Assembly (NCBI GenBank): GCA_964016885.1
Contig: OZ024743.1
Span: 153,016,001 to 153,080,000 of the forward strand
Direction: 5' to 3'
Length of the DNA stretch: 64,000 nucleotides
Source: Eledone cirrhosa
Lineage: Eukaryota
Both the position numbers and the translations under genes were made by a program. Position 1 is the stretch's first letter. Each line of letters opens with the position of its first letter. Shown in pieces: positions 1 to 11,830 of this stretch. A model generated the notes under the pieces. The model was given only the letters and a program-made list of their open reading frames with translations. It did no database searches and had not been told where the DNA came from.

Positions 1-1009
1 CATTTACATTACTCTATATATACTATTGTATTTTCATGGTCAAGGCTTTACCTCACATAATTATCTGACATAATATCAAATCTATAAGATTTTGATGTTA
101 TTTATTTTGAGAACAATACCTTAATGTCAGTATGAGTGACCAGTTACAGCTGGTTTGAGCAGAACGAGGTGAGAGAATTCTGGCCTGATATGGCCGGTTT
201 AAATGCTAAAGGATTAATGATGTAAATTTTCAACAATGATCATATTTATATGAAGTAAAATTTAATTACAGATTTGAGTGTTCCTATATTTGTTGGTCCA
301 AAGACAGTTTGATTAAATTTTTAAAATCTCTTAATTTGTTCCTTGCATTTCTTTGACTTTGTCAATCTACATTGATTCTGCAATTTCTAAGTCTTCTCTG
401 TCTTAGACTAAATGTCATGAAAATATTTGTCTTTGTCTTTAAAATTTGGATTTTCCCTTTGGTAAGTTTATGTTTTTATGTTCCTGTAATTAGAGAATTT
501 ATTACATGATTATTTTCACCAAACCAATTAAGCTGCTGTCTATGAGGTAAGCCAAGATTTTCTCCTAGAGTATTATGTATTGCTGATTTAAGAATGCTCC
601 ACTCTTCTGCAATCAAAATGTGACAAAGTTTTTATCTCAAAACAGTACAAACAATTGTGGTAACATTAGGATCTTAACAACGTTTAACATGTAATTTCTT
701 CCTCTCAGTATTATGTTTGGTTTGAGTGATTGTTTAAATTTAATATTTTTTTTTTTTTAGCACAAACTGTGATCAGTACAGCAGTTACCAGCTGATCAAA
801 TAGATTTGGTCAGCTGTACATCAATTATTTCTTGTATTCATGTGAAGACAATATCAACTAGATGCAAATTCTTTGATTGAGAATGTATCCACATAGCTTT
901 GAGATTGGTGACTACATGGGTTCATCTACATTCAAGTATATATCTATAAAAAAAAAAAAATCTGAATGATATATATAAGTAGGAATAAAAGAAGTTAAGT
1001 GAGTTTTAA

Positions 1010-1383
1010 TTACATATACATCCACGCTGTGAAGTGGTCACATATTTGTCAAGGCAAAAAACACCTGGCCCATACTGTAAAGTGGTCACATAGATTTCAC
1101 GACGAAAAGCACCCAGCCCACACTGTAAAGTGGTCACACAACAAAAAGTACCTGGTCCACACTGTAAAGTGGTCATGTAGGAATCATGTCCAAAAGCATC
1201 CAGCACACACTGTAAATGTGGTTGGCATTAGGAAGGGCATCCAGCTGTAGAAACCAAGCCAGAAACAGTTCTATGTGAGCGAGACATGGCCACCTGACCC
1301 AACTTGCCTCTAATGGGACAACCTATCTAACCCATGCTAGTATAGAAAATGGACATTAAATGATGATGATGATGATGATGATA
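1010..1383 (+). mobile_element. RTE-tail / SINE-like repeat with internal ~38-bp tandem units and (ATG)n tail
   Basis: About five copies of CCACACTGTAAAGTGGTCA, then GTTGGCATTAGGAAGGGCATCCAGCTGTAGAAA and a (GAT)n tail; same blocks form the 3' UTR of the RTE copies at 17298-17690 and 55973-56370. Confidence 0.8.
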
Positions 1384-2599
1384 TAAACAATCGTAAATTT
1401 GATTATCTACAATAAGGTATATATAAATATGTCAGGTCACTCTTAAGTGCTACTGGTAATATGTAACCCAGTAGATGGTCAGGCCATTTGCAATTAAACT
1501 GGCAACTCACCAATTTTATTTGGTGAAGAGAGTGATTTTTGGACACCCAGCCCAGCGAGATGAAAAATAAAACACATCAAAGAGCAGAGGAAATCAGAGG
1601 AAATCATAAGTGTCAACATCCATCCAATTTTGTGCATATATGGTTATATTTTTATATAACTTCTTATATTTTAATATATGCATTTTCATTTTTTTAACTT
1701 TTTCATCTTTTTTAGATTTTAACTTTTTTTTAATATGCATATATTATGTGTTTCTGTTTGCTTGTGTGTGTGTGTGTGTGTGTGTGTGGGTGTGTGTGTG
1801 GGTGTGTGTGTGTGTGTGTATATAAAACTGGGAAAAATATATGTAATAGATGGATGGATGGATGGGTGCATGTGTGTGTGGAATTAAAACGCCAGGTTGG
1901 TGTCAGTAGCTCACCTCATGAGATGGAAAACTCTGAACAGACAGCCTGAGGTCTGCTGTTTATTAGTCTTATGGCATATTTGCACCAACTGTTGCTATCA
2001 GCAGAACCAAAAAGTGATTGGTTTCCCACAAGCCATTACTACTATAAACAAGTCAGTGTGGGTCGTACAGGAGATTTATTTGCTCCAGTTTTATCAAGAT
2101 CATCCCGAGATGCACCCCTTTATATATACATGCATGTGTGTGTATATGTATTTGCATGTGTATAGTATATATATATGTATTGTTTTTTAACAAAATGTCC
2201 ACAGGCAATGGGTATGAGTGACATGGACAGGTAGAGGATAAAACTGGTAGTCCTTAGTTGGTGCTCTTCACAGTTTGGCAGCGCAGCAGGTGATGACCAT
2301 TTATCACAAATCCTATGGGCAATTAAGCTTCTTGTGTTCCCTGCTGAGTGACAAAGCAGGTCTGGTTAGACAGTGCACTGCTTTCCCTTAATTGGCTGGG
2401 AGTGAGAAAAGGACCCCTAAAGAATTGCATGCCCATGAAGACTTGTTATCTTACAGTGGTTACTATGCTATCTATAAATAAAGACAAAGATAAAAAAAAT
2501 CCCATTAAATTTTGTTTCATTAGAAAGAAAGACATCTCTTGTGTCAAAGATCTTAAGTACAACATAGATATAATATAGCATTAAGTGATACACATCTTC

Positions 2600-5480
2600 T
2601 TGATTAGGGAAAAGCGGAGGTTCTATACTCTTCTGGTCAAGGAAAAAAATGCAATACAGTCTTCAAGTGATGGTTTCCCTATTAGAACTAAGATAAAAAA
2701 TACTTTGTCCTCATCATCACAGGTGGTGAGTGATCGTTTGATGACATTAAAACTTAAACTTGTTGATGCTGCTACCCTAATCTTAATCAGTTGCTATGAG
2801 CCATAAACTCTGAAGAATCAGTGATTACTAACTTTTATGAGAAGTTATATTTTATTGTCAGAACTATAGCTTATCATGGTAGACTTTTGATACTAGGGAA
2901 CTTCAGTGCCAGATACATCATGAACTATCAATGCCTGGTAAATCATGAGTCCTGGTAAATCATGAGTTCTTGGCTCTATTCTCATTGGAAATATGAATAG
3001 CAATGGCCTTCGAGCTCTGTTTTTGCAATGGACTTGGCCTCCTTATCACTAATAATATATTTCAGCAACTTAATAGGTTCAAAACCACATGAATGCATAC
3101 AAGGTCTAAAGAATGGCATTTGATTGATTACATTTTAACAAGAAGAGGTCATCAATGTGACATTCTTTATATTCACTGCTTCAATAACACATGTTAGTTA
3201 TCTAATAATTCTCTGTTGTGTTGTAACATATCATTTAAACTTCAGGTAAAGCATAGAAGACACAATGCAACATTTCTTAAACAAATAAATGTTTGACCAC
3301 TTGATGCAGACAGAAAAGCTAGGTTGTCTTAATTGCCTGACATGCAGTTTGAACAAGTTGGAATTTCAGAAAATATTGAAGAATCAAGGACAAATCTGAA
3401 GGAAGTAACATATTCTGCTTTGCTTGAAGCTCTTGGTCTGCCAGATATTGATTCAATGAAAATGATACAGAAATACAGTCACTAATTGAAAAAATGCACT
3501 CCTCTTATAAAATATGGGTTTCCAAAAAAAAAAAAAGAATTCCGTGAAAACAAAATATTTGGACTGTAAACAAAGTGTTTAATGGACTTGAAGAAAATGA
3601 TAGACAAGTGGTTTTCAAAAGCAGCAGAGCTTCAAACTTCTGCTGAGAGAAAGGATATAAAAGCCTCCTATGAAGGCATAAAAGAGGCTTATGGTCCACA
3701 GTGAGTCCTCACCTGTATTACCATTGGATGGATCCACTTTGTTAACAGATAAAAGTGATATACTTATCTGCTGGAAAGAACACTTTGAAACAGTTTTAAA
3801 TTCTCCATCTATTCTGGATCATGATGTCATCAACTCAATCCCTTTGAGGCCAGAAATCCCTAATTTGGACTTTGAACCAATATATACCAAAGTCAAAACA
3901 GCTATGAAATATGGTATCATGTAAATTACCTGATGGTGATGCAATACCAGCTGAGGTGTACAAATATGGAGGTAATGTACTTGTGCATAAGCGTTTAGAT
4001 TTATTCATTTTGATTTCGAAGGAATTTAAAGACTCATCTATTACCCACATTTTTAAATAAGAAGAGAAAAAAGAATTATGTGACAGCCATCAGAGTATAT
4101 CACTGCTTTCTGTAGTGGGAAAAATCCTTGCTTGAGTTGTTCTCAACAGAATAATAACTCACCTGGTAGATCATGTTTATCCTGAATCCCAGTGTGGCTT
4201 CAGGGTCAGAGGAGGAACCATAGATATGATATATTGTTTGTAGCGGGTTTCAGAGAAAATAAGGGAGAAAAACAGCGACCTATTTATGGTCTTTGTTAAC
4301 TTAACAAAGGCTTTTGACTCAATTATGATGCTTTGTGGTTAGTGCTGAAGAAGGTCGGGAGTCTCAATAAGATGCTCAGTATTATAACATCCTTCCATGA
4401 AAAAATGCAAGCTTCTGTTAAATCAGATGGTACTTCATCAGATCTTTTCCATGCCAAAAAATGGGACAAAGCAGGGATGTATAATGGCCCCTGTTTTGTT
4501 TGCTATTTACTTTTCTCTGATGTTAGAATATGCCTCCAAGGATAAAATGATGTTGTTTTGTTTCAATTTAGAACATCATGTGGGCTTTTCAATCAGCAAA
4601 GATTTAAAGTGAAGACACTTACTAGAAGAAAAATGCTTTTAGACTTCTTGTTTGCAGATGATGCCACTTTAGTAGCTAATTCTTTCTGGGAAGCCCAAGA
4701 AGTTGTAAGCTGGTTTTGCTCTGCAGCAAAAGCGTTTGGCCTAACAATAAGTGTTAAAAAGACAGAAGTCATATAACAGTCCAAACCAACACCTATTAAA
4801 ATAAGATGTATAACACTAACTAGGCTCCAATACAATGCACTATCATAAAAAATTATTGTAGACTACAAGACACTAAAATATGTTAAGTCCTTCCCATACT
4901 TAGAAAGTAAAATCAATTCTAGCAATTCTCTAGATGATTAAATAGTGAATAGGGTCGGCAAGGCTAGTGATACCTTTGGAAAGCTGTGAACACAGGTATG
5001 GAAGGAGAGAGGGTTGGGGTTGGAAACCAAAATCTCAGTTTATCATACAGTTGTTGTCTCAAAGTTGCTGTATGGGTATGAATCATGGGAACCATATATA
5101 AAACATATTACAGAGCTAGATACATTCCACAAGAGATGTCTCAGAAATATCTGTGGTTTCACATGGAAGAACAATGTCTTTAATGAACAGTTGTTCATAA
5201 ATGTGATATACAAAGCATAGAGGGCCTTCTTAATAAAGTGTCAATTAATATAGACAGGCCATGTAGCTAGAATGAATGATGAAAGACTGCTTAAAATTCT
5301 CATTAATGGCCAACTTCAAGCCATAGATACAAGTATAAATTGAAGAATAATATCAAGCATATTGGAATACAACCATCAGGATTTGAGGAACATACTGCTG
5401 ACTGTATGAGGAGGAGGGAAATCAGTCAAAATGGCATCAGGAGCCATGCCAACACAAAGATTGAGCAACTAGGTGTTCTA
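2600..5480 (+). pseudogene. Heavily decayed RTE (BovB-like) LINE ORF, endonuclease plus reverse transcriptase
   Basis: Fragmented motifs SDRLMTLKL, LIDYIL, WKEHFETVLN, PESQCGFR, FVNLTKAFD, KQGCIMAPVLF, LFADD, FGLTISVKKTEV, LLYGYESW with many stops and frameshifts. Confidence 0.85.
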
Positions 5481-8162
5481 AGGTAAGGTGAAAGAATGCA
5501 GTTTCTGTTCAATGATTTGAGTATGAAGGATACAGTCTGGATTCCAAAAGTAGGGCAGATTTAGTGTCTCACAGAAGACACAAACACTAAAATGTGGTGT
5601 AAAGGGAAAGTTAAATCTTTTGGCTCTCATTTATTGCACACAAGTCCATCTTATACATATCTAATAATAAGCAGGCTACAACAAATTATCAAGATTGAAT
5701 CTTATACATATTTTATTCACACCTTGCTAGCAGGGAAAGCAGACATTAAAATGATAATGATGACATCTATTTCATTATTGATCAGCTCAAGGTATGATCA
5801 ATCATGATTGGGCCTTACTTTGTAATCAATAGCTCCTCAGTTATGTTAATCTTTATGTGAGAATGCTTACATCCAAATGGCATGGTTTGTACAGGGGATG
5901 CCTTTCCTGCCACCAACTACTTTACATGATATTCTGACACTTGTCTATTCTCTGAAGCCTACATAGGTTTCATCATCATTGTTCTCATCATTGTATCATC
6001 ATCATCGTCATTAGCATCATCATATAGTCATTATTGTTTTCTTCATCATCATCATCATCATCATTTTGTGTCTGATTTACCAAGCTAGCATGGGTTGGAT
6101 GAGTTGTCATGTTCCATGCAGCTAGTAAGACTAAAGAGATCTCTCTATCTTACATTTGGTATATTTTATCATGGCACTAGTACCAGAGAGGTTGCCTTGT
6201 TTCCACTGAAAAAAAGGATCCTTTTTTACTTAAGGCAAAATAATGGTGAGGTAGTAGAAAAGAGAGTAGAATAATAGAAACAATGTGATAGAAACAAGAG
6301 TGTGATAGAAAAGGGAGTAATAGGAAAGCGATATTATGAAACATGAAGGTGATATAGTTTCTGATTTATTTTGTAACAGCCTTTAGAGGCTAGTCATTAT
6401 AATGTTGTTTAATACTAGCTTAAACTTGATTGAGTAGATCTGTAAGCAAATGGTTTCTAGCTATGAAAACTCTGTTTTGTTATCAGGAATAATATATTGT
6501 GAACTGCATTTTCAATGGACTCCTCCTTTTTAAAAGATGGCAAGATATTATTTCAGGGAGAGTTTTCACATATTCAACGTGTAAATTCAAAATATAAAAA
6601 AAAAAAAAAATTCTTTCCATAGTTGTGTTGTTGCAGCCGGGATGGCAGCTATACATATCCTTGATTCAATATTTTAGCCTCTGGTAGAGTAATTACAAGC
6701 AAGTATTTCTAATGTCAATGTCAACATTTTCTTTGTCATCATTCTCCTCATTATCATACTTATCCCTGCCATCATCATTCTGACTAACATCGTCAGTGTT
6801 CTAATTCACCAACTAGAAGGAAATGTTATCAGTTATGACTTCATTTCTTGTGTAGAATTTAGAAAGGAAAAAATATGTTCTGTTCAATAATTTGGCTAAT
6901 GTGTTTTTTTTAATGTTATTCCAGTTAGTAGAATCTTTCTTGTCTATTGACATCTTATAAGAGAGCAATGATTGATTCTCTATTTGAACAAAGTTTTAAT
7001 TTTGTTATTGTTGTTTTTCATGCAATCACAGGCTAGTAAACTACATTTTATCATAAAGTTGATCATAAATTATACTTCTTGTGGAATTTAATGGAGAATT
7101 ATAGGTTTACAACACCTGGTATGAACAGGAATGCTTATAGGGTACCTGTCAATTGCGAAGCTTAAAAAATCTTTTCTTTAAAGCAAATATGATTCAGATA
7201 CATTTGATGTGCCAGCTATAAAATTTTACTGACTTAATTATAATGTAACACCCTGTCAGTATACATTTTAGGTTATAATTTTGTTAGATAAATATTTTTT
7301 TATTTGCAATTTCTTGTATTTAATGCCTGATAGTTTTATCATTGGGTCTTAGTATTTTTTCTCGGTATGATGCTATATGACAGCATAAAAAAAAAATGGC
7401 TTAAGGATGTATAGTTAATAACAGTTTGCGTAACACGTATGTTGATCCCTAGATTATATTATTGTCACTCTTGTTGCTAGAATGTCAGTTAGGCTTGGTG
7501 AAAAGGTTATTAGCATGGCAACAGTATTTCAAATACTTGAAGATTAGGTATAAATCTCAACATGTCAAATGTGGTTCAAGTTTCAATTCAATTCATTATC
7601 ATTGGACGTACAGCAACATTTCTGATTTTTACTTTTTACCAGAGGTGAGATATTGGTTTCTTTTCGTGGGCTCAAAGCTTTGTTTGTAGAAGAGTTGATA
7701 TATATAATTGAAATGAGTCTAGTATATTACAGGTAATCATTTTATCAAATGTTGATCTGATTAAACTCCAATGTATTTTAGCTTAGAGCAGTAATGTGCC
7801 AAACTACAATTATAGTAAATCATCTTATTTAGATTTGACTAACTTGACTACCTCTAACACTCAGTTATTTTATGAACATTGAAAGGTAATTGAACCACTA
7901 CTCAGTTGGATAAAGAATGGATTATTAATTACACAATATATATGACTTATTAAACTTTTATATCGGGTGTTTGGGATATTCGTAGATTATGTTGCTTAGT
8001 CAATGTTTTAAACAGAAGTTCTAGGTAGTTATTTCTGATTAAAATAGAATCAGTTTGCTAACAAGAAAGAACCTTGCTTGTTGGGGATTTATTTAAGCAG
8101 GTGCTTAACCATGGATTATGCATTATATATATATAACTTATATGTATATATATAAATATATA

Positions 8163-8330
8163 TCATCATCATCATCATCATTTTACATCCGCTTTTCCCT
8201 GCTTGCAAGGGTGAGATGGGAACTGATTCTGGCTTGATTTCTACAGCTGGATGCCCTTCCTAACACCAACCTCATTTACAGTGAGTGCTGGGTGCTTTTT
8301 TTCCGTCGCACCTCCACGTCCACTTCGCAG
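8163..8330 (-). mobile_element. RTE-tail / SINE-like repeat
   Basis: (ATC)n, then reverse complement of the CCCTTGCAAGCAGGG stem and AGGAAGGGCATCCAGCTGTAGAAA block. Confidence 0.75.
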
Positions 8331-8364
8331 TGGAATGATAGGGACCCCAGTCCCTATCATCTCA

Positions 8365-8503
8365 TTTCTACAGCTGAGTAAACTGGAGCAATGTGAAATA
8401 AAGTGTCTTGCTCAAGGAAACAACACATCACCTGGTCTGAGAATTGAACTCACAACCTTTTGATTGCAAGGCCAATGCTCTAACCACTAAGCCATGTGCC
8501 TCC
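8365..8503 (-). mobile_element. tRNA-derived SINE (family B), partial
   Basis: Minus strand reads TGGAGGCACATGGCTTAGTGGTTAGAGC (A box) ... GAGTTCAATTC (B box) ... CTTGAGCAAGACACTTTATTTCACATTGCTCCAG; homologous to 44752-45020. Confidence 0.8.
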
Positions 8504-8594
8504 ATATAATATATACAGGGTGCGGATGGTATTTGTTCACAAGATTACTGTCTAGGAAAATATAACACAGTAGTTTTATTTTTTAAGTTATTTC

Positions 8595-8975
8595 CACAAA
8601 ACACTGAACTTGACTCTTAATTCCCATGGCCATGTGTTATTTAAGAGCTTTGAGTAAGTTCCTTAAACAGAACACTGAATCTGACCTAACCCCTAATTCC
8701 TGTGGCTGAGTCTTATTTAATAGGTTTAGGTTCCTTCAACAAAATACTGAAGCTGACACCTAGTTCCTGTGGTCAAGTAGGTTGAACCTAATTCCGTAAT
8801 TAGTGTGGCTGAGTGTTATTTAAAGGGTTTAAATTCCTACAACAAAACCCTGAATGTGAGCCTTAATTCCTATGGCCATTTGTTATTTAAGGAGGTTGAG
8901 TAAGATCCTTCAAGGAAACACTGAATCTGACCTAACCCCTAATTCCTGTGACTGAATTATTTAAGGGATATGAGT
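8595..8975. repeat. Degenerate ~70-bp tandem repeat, about 5 units
   Basis: Recurring AACACTGAATCTGACCTAACCCCTAATTCCTGTGGC...TTATTTAA near 8600, 8671, 8742, 8845, 8917. Confidence 0.8.
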
Positions 8976-9260
8976 TCATGATTTAAAGATCATGGTTTGA
9001 GGTTGGCTGTTAATTTCCTTCAAAATCCCAAGCCACCCACCCAGCTCCTCCCATGGAAGCAGTGTCCTTCTGCAAAATATGTTATTCAGTTGGAAGATGA
9101 AGACCAACAATCTGATGGTATAAGCAATGGAAAGACCAATCAACTCCGCATCCCTGATGCTGTCTCATGATCAGCACTTCTCTGTCTTTTTCCCCACATC
9201 TGTGTATCTGTGTGTGTATATATATATATATAAAATTAGAATTGGTGCTCTGAAATAGCA

Positions 9261-9752
9261 ATATATATATGAATGTATATATAGTGTATTTTGCAATACA
9301 CTGTATGCTTAATTAAAAGCATTTCGAAGACCTTACACTATTGTTTTACAGTAGTGACAGTCTCACTTACTTTAATTTTCAGCAAACAGGGGAGATAAAG
9401 CTGACAGAGCTCTGTTTCGCACTTTTTGGTGCTTATTAAAGCTAACTACTCCGCCTGTTTGCTGTAATCATGAATGTTTGTTTCTTATAGAATTCTAGAA
9501 ATAATCAGGAACTGATTATACAGAGCGGTTGCCGGTCAAGCAGAAATTGAAAATTAGAATTGGTGCTCTAGCTTTGATAAGCACCAAAAAGTGCGAAACA
9601 GAGCTCTGTCAGCTTTATCTCCCCTGTTTGCTGAAAATTAAAGTAAGTGAGACTGTCACTACTCTAAAACAATAGCGTAAAGTTTTCGAAATGCTTTTAA
9701 TTAAGCATACAGTGTATTGCAAAATACACTATATATACATTCATATATATAT
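9261..9752. mobile_element. Fold-back element with ~184-bp inverted arms, each containing a hammerhead motif; probable truncated Penelope-like insertion
   Basis: 9261-9444 is the near-perfect reverse complement of 9569-9752; 124-bp spacer; TA-rich runs on both sides. Confidence 0.85.
9570..9614 (+). ncRNA. Type I hammerhead ribozyme motif, U3-A8 core variant
   Basis: AGCT-TTGATAA-GCAC(CAAAAA)GTGC-GAAA-CAGAGCTCT-GTC-AGCT: helix I, core, helix II, GAAA, palindromic helix III, GUC site. Confidence 0.7.
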
Positions 9753-9862
9753 ATATACTATATATATACATATATATATTGGAAAATGTGTGAAATCCTT
9801 GGTACAGTTAGGTATATTTGAAAAAAGGAAAACAATGACTTCACTTGTAGTTTTAAACAATT

Positions 9863-9908
<46 letters not shown>

Positions 9909-10459
9909 GCATATATATAATGAGATTGATAGAATATATGCCAAACATCTCGATATCATGCAGTCCATTGATTTAATTCAGTAAAAGAATAATAAGGTTA
10001 TATATTGTGAGAAACTATTTTAACATAATCTGCTAATCTGAAGGAGAAGGACTGTTCCTAAAGCCTCTCTACAAACATTCTGAATGGAAGATGAAACACT
10101 TGGTGAGGTGAATGCAATGGATGTCCAATTTTAAGTGATGTTTGGTGGTTGTTGCTATTATGTGTGTGTGTGTATGTATGTGTGGTAGTATCAAGGAACA
10201 CAGGCATATAGAAAAATAATTAATTTTGGGAAGAATGTTTTAAGTAGGATACTATCGATTTCTACTAGCACAAGATCCCAACACATTTTAAGAGTAAGTA
10301 TAATTGTTTCAATCCACCACAGTAATTGACTGGTATTTTATTTCATTGACTCCAGAAGGATGAAAGGAAACTTTAACGATAGTGATGTTTGAGCTCAAAC
10401 TGTAAAGATCTGTAATACTTCGAGGCATCTCATCCAATCTATGTAGTTTTATTCCTTCA

Positions 10460-10625
10460 TTATCATCATCATCATCATCAGGTTTAGCGTCCGTGTTCCA
10501 CGCTTGCATGGGTTTGGACGGGGGTTTTCCCACTTGAGGCAAGAGTGGTTGTCTTGCTCGCATAGGACTGTCTGGCGGGTTTTCTACAGTTGGATGCCCT
10601 TCCTAACACCAACCACATTTACAGC
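10460..10625 (-). mobile_element. RTE 3' tail fragment
   Basis: (ATC)n plus reverse complement of the 3' UTR end at 17520-17690. Confidence 0.8.
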
Positions 10626-10635
10626 TCTAATATAA

Positions 10636-10828
10636 TAATTGTTTCTACGTTAGGCACAAGGCCAGCAATTACCCAGTGTATTACTGGTACTTTATTTTAT
10701 CGACCCCGTAAGGATGAAAAGCAAAGTTAACCTCGGCGGGATTTGAACTCAGAATGGCAAGGGCCGTAACTCTATGCGTCAAAGCATGGCGTCCGACCCT
10801 CTACCGATACTGCCAATCCACCGCCCTT
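10636..10828 (-). mobile_element. tRNA-derived SINE (family A)
   Basis: Reverse complement of AAGGGCGGTGGATTGGCAGTATCGGTAGAG...GAGTTCAAATCCCGCCGAGG...TTTCATCCTTACGGGGTCGATAAAATAAAGTACCAG...GTAGAAACAATTA. Confidence 0.9.
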
Positions 10829-11830
10829 TCTATAATATAATAATCTATATCTCTAATTTATAATGTAGTCTATTAGAAGATGTTAATATTTAGAAATTAA
10901 TTATTACAATATACCTTAACTACTGTAAACCTTATGATAAAAGGATAAAAGTTAAAAATTTTAATAACTAAAAGCAATTATGCTGAATACATCAATGTGG
11001 CATTTATGTCTATAGGCCTTTCTCTGCCTTACTCTATAATAAGTAAAACCTCCTTTTCACAGTTTTGTTTCTTTGTAATTTTCTTATGCTGTTTTCAAAC
11101 CATTTTCATTTTGGCCATCCTGGAGCATTGAAACAAGGTAAGTTAGTCAAAAAGACTAAGCAGCTATAAAATATTATTCAAACATTCAGACAATCTGTAT
11201 TTGGAGATCTATTAAATGGATGACAACATAGTAGAAATGAAAAACTATGGAAACACCGTCAATAAACAAACAATTATACTGTTCAACAAACACAATTATA
11301 CAATGCTGTTGATTGAGAATGAAAAATATTGTACCTTAAGAAATAAGTTTTGTTAATATGTAAGCTTAATTAATTAGAAAGTGTAGTGTTAATACAATTA
11401 ATTATGTAAACCTCCTAGAGAATCTAGTTCATTAATAAAAGATGATTGTATTAAACAAATATTACTGATCATTTCGACTTTGTTTTTAGTTTATTAAAAA
11501 AAATATTTTCATTATTTCTCTTAAGGAAATAATACAGAAGAAAATTACAAACAAACAAAACATAAATAAATTATAAGTTGCATCTGTAATTTATTCCCAA
11601 TTAATTTGAAAACAAAATAAATGTAAATTCTTCATCAAGTGTTATTCTTAAAATCATTCCAACAATAACATTTCCAATTAAATTGATGTGACAAAATGCA
11701 ATCAACCAGCATTTGGTATTTATTTTCGTCGTAGATTTACAGTAACCTTTTATCAAGAGCCCCTATTATTATATAATTAATAAATAAATAAATAAAAATA
11801 AATAATAAATAAAGAAATCATTATTATTAT

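Noticed and set aside
1020-1220. Repeat-spacer pattern resembling a CRISPR array
   Set aside because: Spacers are similar to each other, the units belong to the RTE-type tail found many times here, the context is eukaryotic and no cas genes are present
11063-11137. Possible 75-bp host exon (TTTTCACAG ... AAG|GTAAGT, one open frame LFLCNFLMLFSNHFHFGHPGALKQ)
   Set aside because: No recognisable protein similarity or partner exons; needs transcript evidence
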